From: Desulfosudaceae bacterium
Lineage (GTDB): Bacteria > Desulfobacterota > Desulfobacteria > Desulfobacterales > Desulfosudaceae
Direction of reading: 5' to 3'
NCBI GenBank assembly: GCA_963674745.2
Contig: CAXXDV010000003.1
Location: 1,312,001-1,376,000 of the forward strand
DNA: 64,000 nucleotides
Made by a program: the position numbers and the translations under genes. Numbering within the stretch: position 1 is the stretch's first letter; every line of letters begins with the position of its first letter. A model generated the notes under the pieces. The model was not told the origin of the DNA. It did not search any database and saw nothing but the letters and a program-made list of their open reading frames with translations. Shown here in pieces: positions 28,349 through 38,783 of the stretch.

Positions 28349-29902
28349 TTAATCGTTTTTTAAAGGAAACTGTATGGTAAAGGTCGTCCCTTCACCCTCT
28401 TTGCTGTCGACACTCATCATGCCGTTCATATTATCGACTATCATATAACATACATAAAGGCCAAGTCCTGTCCCATATCCTGGATCCTTGGTCGTAAAAA
28501 ACGGATCAAAAATAGTTTCCAGGTCCGCCTGGTTGATGCCGATACCGTTATCTGAAATGTCGATACGGAGTCTCTTCTCTTTACCAGAATAATCAAGTGT
28601 TGTGCAGGAGCGAATGACGATTTCTTTTTTGCCGGGAGGCTTGGTCGAGAGGGCATCGGCGGCATTCAAAATCAGGTTGACAAAGACCTGCCTTAACTTG
28701 TCCGGAAAGCAGGAGACCTTGTCACAGGAGGCGTTAAACTCATATTTTCGGTTTACATCCCGCATAACAGGCTGAACTGCCAGCAAGTCCATGGTTTCTT
28801 GGATTAAAGCGTGAACAGCGATCGTTTCAGTGGTTTCTTTACCCGCCGGGCGGGAAAAGTCAAGCAGCTCTCTGATGATATTGTTTATCTTTTGTATTTC
28901 AGTCCGACACCGGTTGATATAATCTGTTTTTTCGGATTCCGATGCCTCTTTGTGGTTCAACATATCAAGGTATCCCAGAACAATACCGATCGGGTTGCCG
29001 ATCTCATGGGCGATACCTGCTGATAACCTGCCTACTGACGCCAGTTTTTCTGCCCGGATCAATTCGTTTTGACGGGCTTTAATTTCCCTGTTGGCTTCCT
29101 CCAGATCAACAAGTGAGTCTTCCAACCGGCGTTTGTCACCCTCGATTCGATCCAGCATCCTGTTTAATGAAATAGACAGCCGTCTGAACTCGTTTCTGCC
29201 CTTGGGATAGATAAAATCGAGATTATCGTGATCCTGACGCTCCTCGGCCCGTCTAACCAGGTTGTTGATCGGACGGATGGTTGTCCGGCTGATGCCGTAA
29301 GTTCCCAGCAATACCAGCAGCAGAATATTAATGATGGTATAAAAAAGAATGACCAGCTGGTTTTCCCGCTGCAGCACGTAAAAAGACGTCAGATCAACGA
29401 CACTGCTGACGGCTCCGGCGGTATTGTTACCTTCAACCAGGATGGGGGTTGAGACAATTAAATAATGATTACGTATATAAAAAACCCCCCAGGCCTTATC
29501 GTGAAGAGACACCCTGTTTTTGCCGGTCAAACTCGTCTGGGTTGCTCCGCTGACCAGTAATTCAGACAACTTTTTATCATCACTTTTATTGCTTATGAAT
29601 AATGCATCACCTCCAGGGGTCATGATGACCGTGGCCGTAATGGCACTGATTTTGGCAATCTTTTTTAAATGACGTTCTGTTGCAGAAGATAAGGGCAGGG
29701 CGGGGATTTTATGGCTGGTATTGAGTATGTTTTCGATAGACAGGGCCAGAACACGGCAGTCGTTTGTTTTCTGGCGAATAAAATTTTTCTGGCTGGTTGA
29801 CACAAAAACCATATCAATCAGAACAACAATGATCAGCAGCAGAAGTGCGATATGAATGGCAATAACGGTTTTTAGGCTTTTCGCGTTTAACAATCGGGCC
29901 AC
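28349..29902 (-). CDS. Membrane sensor histidine kinase (HAMP, HisKA, HATPase)
   Basis: AHEIGNP H-box, NLILNA, DNGIG, FFTTK, GTGLGL. Confidence 0.95.
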   Translation of the reverse strand: MARLLNAKSLKTVIAIHIALLLLIIVVLIDMVFVSTSQKNFIRQKTNDCRVLALSIENILNTSHKIPALPLSSATERHLKKIAKISAITATVIMTPGGDALFISNKSDDKKLSELLVSGATQTSLTGKNRVSLHDKAWGVFYIRNHYLIVSTPILVEGNNTAGAVSSVVDLTSFYVLQRENQLVILFYTIINILLLVLLGTYGISRTTIRPINNLVRRAEERQDHDNLDFIYPKGRNEFRRLSISLNRMLDRIEGDKRRLEDSLVDLEEANREIKARQNELIRAEKLASVGRLSAGIAHEIGNPIGIVLGYLDMLNHKEASESEKTDYINRCRTEIQKINNIIRELLDFSRPAGKETTETIAVHALIQETMDLLAVQPVMRDVNRKYEFNASCDKVSCFPDKLRQVFVNLILNAADALSTKPPGKKEIVIRSCTTLDYSGKEKRLRIDISDNGIGINQADLETIFDPFFTTKDPGYGTGLGLYVCYMIVDNMNGMMSVDSKEGEGTTFTIQFPLKND

Positions 29903-30139
29903 CTGTTAAAAAAGTGTCACATTTCCTTGCAAGGCTTTGAGTGCCTGCGCGATTTTTAGAGATACCCTTATTAAATACGGGATGGTAAATTCAGATTTTT
30001 TTTAGTATTAACATAAAGTAAACATAAACACAATTAGCCTAATATTTCATGGATTTTTTGATATGGAGAAAACCAACCCGTGAGATATCCGGTTTAGCCT
30101 GCGACTCTGAAAAGTTCAATTATTTGGAAAGGTAAAAAC

Positions 30140-31177
30140 ATGAAAACCGCAGTTACGGAGTTGTTTGGATGTCAATATCCGGTCTGGCTGTCCGGAATGA
30201 CCGGTATCAGTACACCTGAACTGGTCGGTGCCGTAAACAATGCCGGTGGACTGGGCATACTGGCGACAGCAGATCTGACCTTTGACCAGACCCGTGAGTC
30301 CATAAAAAAAATCAGACAGCTGACAGACAGGCCCTTTGGTGCCAACGTGCCGCTTTTCATTCCGGGTTGTGCGGAAAAGGCCGAAATATTACTGGAAGAA
30401 AAGGTGGATGTTATAAACTACACCCTGGGAAGCGGGGAGTGGTTGATTGAGGCTGTGCACCGGTATGGCGGCAAGGCGGTTGCTACGGTCACCACAGAAA
30501 AACATGCCCTGTCTGCCCAGAAATACGGCGCGGACGCGTTGATCATAACCGGTCATGAAGCGGCCGCACATGGCGGATTGATTACGTCGATGGTACTTAT
30601 TCCCAGTATTGTGGATGTGGTGGACATTCCTGTCATCGCGGCCGGCGGATTCGCGGACGGAAGAGGGCTTGCTGCGGCCTTGGCCCTTGGAGCAGATGGC
30701 ATCGCCATGGGTACAAGGTTTATGAATACCAGGGAAAGTCCCGCCCATGAAAACATGAAACAGATGAGCAACGAAAAAAAAGCCCACGAGACGATCTATT
30801 CCGACCGCATTGACGGTCTTCCCTGCCGGGCGATTGATTCGGCCGGTTCCAGAAAGCTGATCAATGACAAACTGTATTTATTTAAAGCACTGAACAACTC
30901 TCGTTTTGCCGCAAAGGCTTATGGCTTTCCCTGGATAAAAGCCATCGCGGGGATATTGTTGGCCGGCTATAACCGTTCAATACAACTGGCACGTATGTCC
31001 AATGCTTTCAGGTCGGTTATGATGGCCATTGATGAGGGTGACCGGGAAAAAGGGGTGTTTCTGATGGGGCAGGTAACGGGTATTATAAAAGAAACCCCTT
31101 CGGTACAAGAGGTAATGGAAGCCATTATGGCAGAGGCCGTAGCGTCTCATCAGGCGATGTCTGAAAAAATGATGTGA
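30140..31177 (+). CDS. Nitronate monooxygenase / FabK-like FMN-dependent oxidoreductase
   Basis: NAGGLG, PFGAN, GHEAAAHGG, VIAAGGFADGRG, MGTRF. Confidence 0.9.
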   Translation: MKTAVTELFGCQYPVWLSGMTGISTPELVGAVNNAGGLGILATADLTFDQTRESIKKIRQLTDRPFGANVPLFIPGCAEKAEILLEEKVDVINYTLGSGEWLIEAVHRYGGKAVATVTTEKHALSAQKYGADALIITGHEAAAHGGLITSMVLIPSIVDVVDIPVIAAGGFADGRGLAAALALGADGIAMGTRFMNTRESPAHENMKQMSNEKKAHETIYSDRIDGLPCRAIDSAGSRKLINDKLYLFKALNNSRFAAKAYGFPWIKAIAGILLAGYNRSIQLARMSNAFRSVMMAIDEGDREKGVFLMGQVTGIIKETPSVQEVMEAIMAEAVASHQAMSEKMM

Positions 31178-31204
31178 TCAACGATCACATTGCGCTCAAC
31201 TCGC

Positions 31205-31411
31205 TCAGGTAAACGCGCCCCCGCCGCATGATGACGCCGGCGGGCCTTGCGCAACGGAATTGTTTTTCCTGATAGACCCGGTCCGGCTGATCAGCCTGTT
31301 TACTTTTTTGTCACGGCATTTGGGACATTTAATGTCCTCATCATCACCACTTAAGACAAGTTCTTCAAAGATATTACCACAACGGCTGCATTGGAATTCA
31401 AAAATCGGCAT
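31205..31411 (-). CDS. FmdB family zinc-ribbon protein (ends at UGA; possible Sec read-through)
   Basis: MPIFEFQCxxC...CPKC; GGAG RBS. Confidence 0.85.
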   Translation of the reverse strand: MPIFEFQCSRCGNIFEELVLSGDDEDIKCPKCRDKKVNRLISRTGSIRKNNSVAQGPPASSCGGGAFT

Positions 31412-31530
31412 AGCAACCTCTCCTCAGCTTTTTGTTATGCATAAATAATATCACAATTGTACTTTTTTGCAAACAACGGTTCTGTGTTTATTGCTTGCCG
31501 CAGTGACATCGGTATGGTATTAAAAAAATT

Positions 31531-32487
31531 ATGCCAAACCGACGCTACTATTCAACATGTTGTTTTTCCATCAGTTTGATGGTTGTTTTGGTGGCTTTAT
31601 CCGCCTGCACCGCATCAAGGCACATCTCCCGCGGCATTGGTTGTTTACAATATGATGATCTGGATGGTGCCATCGAATCATTTAACCAGGCGGTTGAGGC
31701 TTCTCCGGATTTTTCAGAAGCCTATTTTCACCGGGGTAATACCTGGCTGAAAAAAGGCGAATACCAGAAAGCCATTTCTGATTTTTCCCGTGCCATAGAG
31801 CTTGACCCGGATTACGCGGATGCCTATCTTTCAAGAGGAACCGCCTATATTGAAATAGAGGAGGATCAGCAGGGCCTGTCGGACCTGTCCAAATCCATTG
31901 CGCTTAAGCCTGACCTGCTCAGCGCCTATTTTGTCAGAGGCGTATTGTATCAAAAAATGGGGGATACGGATAAGGCCATGACTGATTTTGATCATGTCAT
32001 CAAAATTGCGCCTGACAGAGCATTTCTCGGCTATTTCAAGCGGGGGATGCTGTATAAAGAACAGGGTAAAATGGATGCCGCCCTGGCTGACTTTTCCCGG
32101 TGCAGATTGATTAACCCTTCGGATCCGGGCATCTACATTCAACAGGCCGAAATTCATTTGCTGCAAAAAAAATACGATCAGGCGATTGAGAATTGCCGGA
32201 TGGCCTTGCGTATTTTCCCCCTGGTCTCGTCCGCCTATCGAATCCGGGGAGATGCGTTAATGGGGAAAGAAGATTATGACCTGGCATTGTGGAATTACAG
32301 CGAAGCCATAGATATTGATCCGGACTCCCCGGGGTTATATATCAGAAGGGCAGAAGCATGGAAGAAAGTCGGAAATACATCAGCCGCCTGCAAGGATTTT
32401 AAACGGGCATGTCAAATGATGAAGTGTGATAATAATGAATTGTTGGACTGGATGAGAAAGTATTGTTCGTTTCCGTCTTCATTTTAA
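31531..32487 (+). CDS. Tetratricopeptide-repeat lipoprotein
   Basis: LSAC lipobox; ~8 TPR repeats (AYxxRG...A..DF..AI.L.P). Confidence 0.88.
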   Translation: MPNRRYYSTCCFSISLMVVLVALSACTASRHISRGIGCLQYDDLDGAIESFNQAVEASPDFSEAYFHRGNTWLKKGEYQKAISDFSRAIELDPDYADAYLSRGTAYIEIEEDQQGLSDLSKSIALKPDLLSAYFVRGVLYQKMGDTDKAMTDFDHVIKIAPDRAFLGYFKRGMLYKEQGKMDAALADFSRCRLINPSDPGIYIQQAEIHLLQKKYDQAIENCRMALRIFPLVSSAYRIRGDALMGKEDYDLALWNYSEAIDIDPDSPGLYIRRAEAWKKVGNTSAACKDFKRACQMMKCDNNELLDWMRKYCSFPSSF

Positions 32488-32518
32488 TCTTCAAAGACCC
32501 GGTCGGGATCAACCGTTT

Positions 32519-33688
32519 TTAGAGGCATTGATAAACGGCGTCAATAATACGTTTGGCCCTGGGATCAATCAGAATGAATGTATCCATTTTGTTCACGGTG
32601 TAACCAAAGCCCAGCCTGGCGTCCGGGTCGGCGAAGCCCAGGCACCCACCGGCACCGGGATGGCCGAAACTCTTTTGCCCGGGGCCGAAATTACCGGATT
32701 TATTATTCTGGTTCAGCATAAACCCCAGGCTGAACCGGGTCTGCAGTTTCAAAACCGCGTCATGGCCGACGGTCTCTTCCATGGAGCAGTGCTCAATCAT
32801 TGTCCGGGAAAGTATTTCCGTTGTACCTGATTTACCGCCTGTGGCGAGAATGCCGTACAATTTTGCAAGGGACCGTGCTGTGCTCTGACCATTGGCCGCA
32901 GGTAACTCAGCGCTTCTCCAGGCACGTGTATTTACGCCTGTAATGATACTGAATGGATTGGTAAAAGCACAGGCCGTGGGCCCCCTGGGATTCTTAACAA
33001 TAGCCGCTGTTAATCGAGTTGCATCGGCATGGAGCGTAGGGAAACGCAGCATGATCATTGTTGCCGAACGCTTGTGCTCCACCGGATTCAGTCCGATATG
33101 AAGATCAAGCCCCAATGGATCAGTGATTTCCTCTTTCAAATATTGGCCAACAGAGCGACCGGTGATTTGGCGAATGACCTGTCCCACCAGCCATCCGTAA
33201 GTGACCGCGTGATATCCCTGGATCTTACCCGGATGCCACCAGGGTGCCTGCCCGGCCAGGGCGTCAGTCATCACTTTCCAGTCATAAAGGGCTTTGCTGG
33301 GCAGACGCTTTTTTACACCCACCATTCCCGCGGTATGATTCAGCAGCATGCGAACGGTTAGGGCCTCTTTACCGGCCCGGGAAAACGCCGGCCAGTACCG
33401 GGCAACAGGGGCATCCAGATCCAAACGTCCCTGATCCGCCAGCTTTAATGCACAAATGGCGGTGATGCCTTTGGTTGCGGAATAAATATTGGTCAGCGTA
33501 TTTTTCCGCCAGGGCCGATTTTTAGAGAAATCAGCAAAACCCGCCCAGATATCGACAACGGTTTTACCTTCTACGTCCAGGGCAAAGGCTGCCCCGGTTT
33601 CTTTTTTTTGATGAAAATTGTCCAGAAATGCGGTTTTGACTTTATTAAAGGCCGGATCACAATAACCGTGAATATCTGTTTTTTTCAA
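32519..33688 (-). CDS. Serine hydrolase, beta-lactamase-fold (family VIII esterase-like)
   Basis: SxxK (YSATK), LLNHTAG, GYHAVTYG, FGHPGAGG. Confidence 0.9.
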   Translation of the reverse strand: MKKTDIHGYCDPAFNKVKTAFLDNFHQKKETGAAFALDVEGKTVVDIWAGFADFSKNRPWRKNTLTNIYSATKGITAICALKLADQGRLDLDAPVARYWPAFSRAGKEALTVRMLLNHTAGMVGVKKRLPSKALYDWKVMTDALAGQAPWWHPGKIQGYHAVTYGWLVGQVIRQITGRSVGQYLKEEITDPLGLDLHIGLNPVEHKRSATMIMLRFPTLHADATRLTAAIVKNPRGPTACAFTNPFSIITGVNTRAWRSAELPAANGQSTARSLAKLYGILATGGKSGTTEILSRTMIEHCSMEETVGHDAVLKLQTRFSLGFMLNQNNKSGNFGPGQKSFGHPGAGGCLGFADPDARLGFGYTVNKMDTFILIDPRAKRIIDAVYQCL

Positions 33689-33786
33689 TAAACTTTACCT
33701 TTAATGCCTTGGGCCGGATATTTCATGAAATTTTTCGATATTGCCTGGCACTCTACACCTTAAACCGCAGACAACGAATATCCGGA

Positions 33787-34224
33787 TCAGGTCGACAACT
33801 CGTTACCATGCTGACTGATAAATCGTTCCAGTTGCGCTTTCTGCATGGGGAGAACTTTTTTAAAGGCCACGCAGAGGTTCCGGACTTTACCGTTTAAGCC
33901 CGGCAGATCAGCGATTTCAAAATCCTGGACGATTTTAAAAGGAATTTTATCGACAATGACCCCTTCTCCCGGGAACATGATGGAAAGTGTCTCAACTTTT
34001 CGGAGGATTTTATTGTTTTTTTCTACATAATGCATGGCCAACCCTTTCATCCCGATATTTTTGATCGGGCCAAGGGTAATATAAGACGGCTTTCGAATAC
34101 CGAAAAACGATGGCTTGGTAACCAGCACGTAAGCTCCGTCGACCAGAAAACGCTTCCAGCGGCGCCTGTCCCTTGTTTTATGACCATCGACAACAATTTG
34201 AGCGGATTCTTCTTTTGACTGCAT
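33787..34224 (-). CDS. Small PilZ-domain protein
   Basis: RRRWKRF and NIGMKG (RxxxR, N/DxSxxG-like); GAGG RBS. Confidence 0.7.
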   Translation of the reverse strand: MQSKEESAQIVVDGHKTRDRRRWKRFLVDGAYVLVTKPSFFGIRKPSYITLGPIKNIGMKGLAMHYVEKNNKILRKVETLSIMFPGEGVIVDKIPFKIVQDFEIADLPGLNGKVRNLCVAFKKVLPMQKAQLERFISQHGNELST

Positions 34225-34328
34225 AGAGGACTCCTTCAGTATTGGTTAGAAAACCGGCTTTATATTACGGGTATCTTTAAAATTATTATAATTTTTAGAG
34301 ATAACCGTATAACTTCGATAAAAGTACG

Positions 34329-34898
34329 TTATCTTTTCAGTGTGTCAAAATGGTTGTTAAAAATTTGCTGAACATTCATCATCTGCTGATACTGATCCGG
34401 TGAAAGGGCCTCGATCATTTCGTTGATGATCTGCTGAGCGATCATAATTTTATTGGCTTTATCGCCGGCCCATTCATCAAGGTTATCCGCTGTGAGTTGG
34501 CTTCCGTCTGCCATGCCCAATAAATCAGTCGGAGCGGTTGCCGTAAGCTGGGCGGTAATAACTTCATAAGCTTCTTCAATTTTTTGACGATCTGTTTCAG
34601 GAAGCTGTTGCAGCATTTCATTGAACATCTGGTGGGCGGAAATGATTTCATCAACCTCTGTTTTTGACAACGGTCCGAATGTCTTCTCCAGTAATTGCCG
34701 CGCTTCTGTTTTTTTTTCTTCAGACAGTTGATCGAAGCTCTCTCCGATCAGCGAATCCAGCAAAACATTGACCACGATCCCACTTTGTCCGGTAATCGAA
34801 TCCAATTTGGCATCAGGGATAACTTTTGCGGCATGGAGTGCCGGTGATGTGAAGAGAAAAAGGCCGAACATTGATAATAAGACAGATAGTTTTTTCAT
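34329..34898 (-). CDS. Secreted helical hypothetical protein
   Basis: Signal peptide MKKLSVLL...ALHA; DAKLDSITGQSGI N-terminal motif. Confidence 0.65.
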   Translation of the reverse strand: MKKLSVLLSMFGLFLFTSPALHAAKVIPDAKLDSITGQSGIVVNVLLDSLIGESFDQLSEEKKTEARQLLEKTFGPLSKTEVDEIISAHQMFNEMLQQLPETDRQKIEEAYEVITAQLTATAPTDLLGMADGSQLTADNLDEWAGDKANKIMIAQQIINEMIEALSPDQYQQMMNVQQIFNNHFDTLKR

Positions 34899-35008
34899 TT
34901 CGGGCGCCGTCAATATAGTTTTAAAATTATTCTTATATTTTATGCCTTCTCCGCCAATCAGTCAATTATTTAAAACATTAAACAAAAACGGTTGTTCAAA
35001 GAAGTTTT

Positions 35009-35025
35009 ATGTTATATTGTTGCAT
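35009..35025. promoter_or_regulatory. Putative Zur box
   Basis: ATGTTAT-ATT-GTTGCAT (7-3-7) upstream of znuACB-zur; resembles known Zur half-sites. Confidence 0.55.
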
Positions 35026-35158
35026 TAAATGTTCCATCGCGCTTTCTGATATTGAATTGCATTGTAAATCCAACTAGTTATTTGTTTACGGGTGCTAAGG
35101 GAAGATGCAGCGAACAACGGTTATGCGTTTTAGGGGAAAATGATTGTGGCGGGTAAAT

Positions 35159-36085
35159 ATGTATTGTAACAAGAATTCCTTTTTCAATCTGATGCCGGTC
35201 ATATTGCTAAGCGCCGTTTTGACCGGATTTCTTTGCGGGCCGCTGGAAGCCGGAAACAACATACAGGTATTTGTCAGCATTCTGCCGCAAAAGTATTTTG
35301 TTCAACAAATCGGTACTAACAGCGTTGACGTTCAGGTCATGGTCCCGCCAGGGGCAAGCCCGGCCACGTATGAACCCAGACCATCACAGATGAAAGCGCT
35401 GGTAAATACGGACATTTATTTTGCCATCGGGGTTCCCTTTGAAAAAGTCTGGCTGAACAAAATCGCCGCCATTAATCCCCGGTTGAAGATAATTCATACG
35501 GATGAGGGCATTCAAAAACAGTTTCTGGCAGATCATATTCATGAAGGAGCGACCGGCCATGCGGTAGACAGGCATGGACATAATGATTCGTCGGGACATA
35601 TTCCAGACCCCCACATATGGCTTTCACCACCGTTGGTCATGATACAGGCCAGGGCCATACTGCTCGGTCTGGAGCAGGCAGATCCGGATCGCCGGGCCAT
35701 ATACGCGCAAAATTACCGGAACTTTATTGCAAAGCTGGTGGATATTGACGAAGCATTGCGGCAATTGTTCGATCAGACCGTCAACAAACGTTTTATGGTG
35801 CTGCATCCAGCCTGGGGATATTTTGCCCATGCCTACGGTCTGGTTCAGGTTCCCATAGAAATCGAAGGGAAAAACCCCAAACCGGCCCAGCTAAAAGAAC
35901 TGATTGATTACGCCCGGCAGCACGGCCTGTCAACTGTTTTAGCACAACCACAGTCTTCGTCCAAGTTTGCGGAACAGCTGGCAAAGGCCATTAAGGGGAA
36001 AGTGACTTATGCCGACCCGCTTTCTTCTGACTGGGACCGGAATTTGGTTCAAGTGGCTGAAAAAATAAAAAACACCCTGAAGTAA
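35159..36085 (+). CDS. znuA: Zinc ABC transporter substrate-binding protein
   Basis: His-rich loop, DPHIWLSP, HPAWGYFA. Confidence 0.88.
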   Translation: MYCNKNSFFNLMPVILLSAVLTGFLCGPLEAGNNIQVFVSILPQKYFVQQIGTNSVDVQVMVPPGASPATYEPRPSQMKALVNTDIYFAIGVPFEKVWLNKIAAINPRLKIIHTDEGIQKQFLADHIHEGATGHAVDRHGHNDSSGHIPDPHIWLSPPLVMIQARAILLGLEQADPDRRAIYAQNYRNFIAKLVDIDEALRQLFDQTVNKRFMVLHPAWGYFAHAYGLVQVPIEIEGKNPKPAQLKELIDYARQHGLSTVLAQPQSSSKFAEQLAKAIKGKVTYADPLSSDWDRNLVQVAEKIKNTLK

Positions 36086-36099
36086 GTCAAGTCCTGTTT

Positions 36100-36879
36100 A
36101 TGGATCAAGTAATTGTTGATATCAAAGACCTTTTTTTCTCCTATAACGGATTTCCCGTTCTGGAGGGCGTTAACCTGTCGATCCAGGAAAACGATTTTAT
36201 CGCCATTATCGGTCCTAACGGCGGCGGTAAAACATCCCTCTTGAAAATTATGCTGGGGCTTCTTCAACCGGATAGGGGAGTCGTCAGGGTGTTGGGCGGT
36301 CCTCCCCAAAAAGCGTCTCACCATATCGGATACGTGCCGCAGAACATCAACATTAATCCGAATTTCCCGGTTACGGTCATGGATATCGTTTTGATGGGCA
36401 GGCTGGGGCCTTTCAAAAAGAAAATCGGAGAAACAGGCCGGGATCGCAAACTGGCAATGACCGCCCTGGAGCAAATGGAAATGGCGTCTTTTGCCCACCG
36501 GCGGATCAGTCAACTGTCCGGCGGGCAGCGGCAACGGGTATTTATTTCCAGGGCACTGGTTACGCAACCGCGCCTGTTGCTTCTAGACGAACCGACCGCC
36601 AGCATTGACACAAAAGGACAAAACGATTTCTACGCGCTGCTCAAAGAGTTAAACAAAGACATCACGATTATCGTGGTCAGCCATGATCTGCTGGTCATCT
36701 CCCGATATATGAAATCAGTGGCCTGTGTAAACAGACGGCTGCATTATCACCGGGAATCCGAAATCACAGGGAAGGTGATGGACACCATATGCCCCTGTAC
36801 GGTAGAGGATATTTGTCCGGTTGGATTGGTTACCCCCATGCTGAATTTCAACTCAGGACAAAATACCCGGAAAGATTAA
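36100..36879 (+). CDS. znuC: Zinc ABC transporter ATP-binding protein
   Basis: GPNGGGKT, LSGGQRQR, LLLDEP. Confidence 0.9.
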   Translation: MDQVIVDIKDLFFSYNGFPVLEGVNLSIQENDFIAIIGPNGGGKTSLLKIMLGLLQPDRGVVRVLGGPPQKASHHIGYVPQNININPNFPVTVMDIVLMGRLGPFKKKIGETGRDRKLAMTALEQMEMASFAHRRISQLSGGQRQRVFISRALVTQPRLLLLDEPTASIDTKGQNDFYALLKELNKDITIIVVSHDLLVISRYMKSVACVNRRLHYHRESEITGKVMDTICPCTVEDICPVGLVTPMLNFNSGQNTRKD

Positions 36880-36882
36880 CCG

Positions 36883-37707
36883 ATGATAGAGCTTCTGCAA
36901 TATGAATTCATGCGCAACGCCTTAATGGCCGGTATTCTGGCCAGCATCATCTGCGGAATAATGGGTACCCTGGTTGTCGTTAACCGGATTGTCTTTCTCT
37001 CCGGTGGTATCGCCCATGCCGCTTACGGGGGGATCGGCATGTCCTTTTATTTCGGTTGGCCGTACCTGGCCGGGACGATGGGCTTTTCCGTGGCCGCAGC
37101 CGCACTTATGGCCGGTGTCAGCATGAAAGCAAAACACCGGGCCGATACTGTCATCGGCGTGATCTGGTCCATGGGCATGGCCAGCGGCGTCATTTTTCTG
37201 GATATGACCCCGGGATATAACGTCGACCTGATGAGTTATCTGTTTGGCAGTATACTGGCCGTTCCGTTGTCTCATCTGTGGGTAATGTTCATTTCAAGTT
37301 TTGTCATTCTCGGCCTGGTGTTTTATTTTTTCCATGACCTCCTGGCACTGTCCTATGACGAGGAATTTGCCAAAATCAGAGGTGTGCCGACCACCGCGCT
37401 TTATTTTTTAATGATCATCATGCTGGCCGTGACGATTGTGATGGTTATTCAGATTGTGGGGCTGATTCTGGTAATCGCATTGCTGACGATACCGCCATAC
37501 ATCATGGAGAAGCGGGTAAAATCCCTGCCACAAATGATGATCGGCGCCAGCCTGCTGGGAATGGTGTTTACCGTTATCGGATTGTGGATATCTTTTGTTT
37601 ATAATATAACATCCGGAGCGGCCATTATTATGGTTGCCGGTATATTTTTCTTCATATCATTGATTTTAGACCGCGTAACCGATCGTTACAGACGGGAACC
37701 TGCTTAA
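36883..37707 (+). CDS. znuB: Zinc ABC transporter permease
   Basis: AHAAYGG, SYLFGSIL, multiple TMs (ABC-3 family). Confidence 0.9.
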   Translation: MIELLQYEFMRNALMAGILASIICGIMGTLVVVNRIVFLSGGIAHAAYGGIGMSFYFGWPYLAGTMGFSVAAAALMAGVSMKAKHRADTVIGVIWSMGMASGVIFLDMTPGYNVDLMSYLFGSILAVPLSHLWVMFISSFVILGLVFYFFHDLLALSYDEEFAKIRGVPTTALYFLMIIMLAVTIVMVIQIVGLILVIALLTIPPYIMEKRVKSLPQMMIGASLLGMVFTVIGLWISFVYNITSGAAIIMVAGIFFFISLILDRVTDRYRREPA

Positions 37708-37722
37708 GGCAATTATCCAATT

Positions 37723-38151
37723 ATGAACCATCAGTGTGACTATGAGGCCCTGTTAAAGGCCGTAAACCTGCGGATTACCGATAACCGTCTTCAGGTGCTG
37801 CAAGTAATCGGCAAAAACCATTATCCGCTTTCGGCGACGGATATCCATCATAAGCTGGAATGCGACAGCACCATTAACCGCGTTACCGTTTATCGCATAC
37901 TTGAATTGCTGGTGGGAAATGGTTTGATTGAAAGGCTCAGTACAGGCGGCCGCGCCTTTTACTATGGTCTGACGCTAAACCACAATCACCGCTCGCACGC
38001 CCATTTTTATTGTAAAAAATGCGGTCAGATGGAATGCCTGACCCCTGAAAGTCTAACCGCGGATACCAGCCAACTGGGGAAAATTTTTCCCGGACGGATT
38101 GAAAAAGTGGAAATACGTGTCGATGGTATCTGTAAAAATTGTTTACCGTAA
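37723..38151 (+). CDS. zur: Fur-family regulator, probably Zur
   Basis: VTVYRIL, HAHFYCKKCG, GICKNC; in the znu operon. Confidence 0.8.
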   Translation: MNHQCDYEALLKAVNLRITDNRLQVLQVIGKNHYPLSATDIHHKLECDSTINRVTVYRILELLVGNGLIERLSTGGRAFYYGLTLNHNHRSHAHFYCKKCGQMECLTPESLTADTSQLGKIFPGRIEKVEIRVDGICKNCLP

Positions 38152-38165
38152 AAGGAGAAAACATT

Positions 38166-38732
38166 ATGAAAAATCGATCAAAAATTCCCGGGTGTCCCTT
38201 TGTTTTTCTTTTTTCTGCCTTGTTTTTCTGCTTTAACATCGCCGTTGCCGATACAATCGTTTTTAAAGACGGTACAAAAATGGAAGTCAAAATCGCATGG
38301 CAGGAGGGCAATGTCGTTAAAACCGAAAGGTATGGCGGCGTTGTGTCATTCCCGATGAGCAAAGTCGATAGAATCGTCAAGGGGGAGTATAATTACCTTG
38401 AAGAAAATAAAAAGCCGGAGCCGGAACTGCCGAAAGACCGCGTTGGCGAGATCCCCGAATTCCTCCAGGTCAAAGCGTTTTCCACAAAAATTGTCGAATC
38501 CTCTGATGATTATGTATATGTATCCTGGACCACCAAAATGGATTCCGAAAAAGCATGCAAGGTGATGATTTCCATCAATTTTTATGACAAAGACGGCAAT
38601 ATCCTCGACAAGGATTTAGAGGAAGCAAAACTGGGCCTGGGAACCAATTCAGCCGCGGATATGACCATGATCAAGACAAGCTTATACAAAAAGGTAAACT
38701 CGACCGGCATCAACGTAAAAGAACAAGAGTAG
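38166..38732 (+). CDS. Secreted hypothetical protein
   Basis: AAGGAG RBS, signal peptide ...AVA-DTIVFKDG. Confidence 0.7.
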   Translation: MKNRSKIPGCPFVFLFSALFFCFNIAVADTIVFKDGTKMEVKIAWQEGNVVKTERYGGVVSFPMSKVDRIVKGEYNYLEENKKPEPELPKDRVGEIPEFLQVKAFSTKIVESSDDYVYVSWTTKMDSEKACKVMISINFYDKDGNILDKDLEEAKLGLGTNSAADMTMIKTSLYKKVNSTGINVKEQE

Positions 38733-38783
38733 GTGATGCAGAGCGTTCTGCTCCCTGCCGTCCATTTTTAAAATGCAGTAGAT

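Noticed and set aside
32519..33688. Possible beta-lactam resistance gene
   Set aside because: No signal peptide; motifs fit cytoplasmic family VIII esterase-like hydrolases
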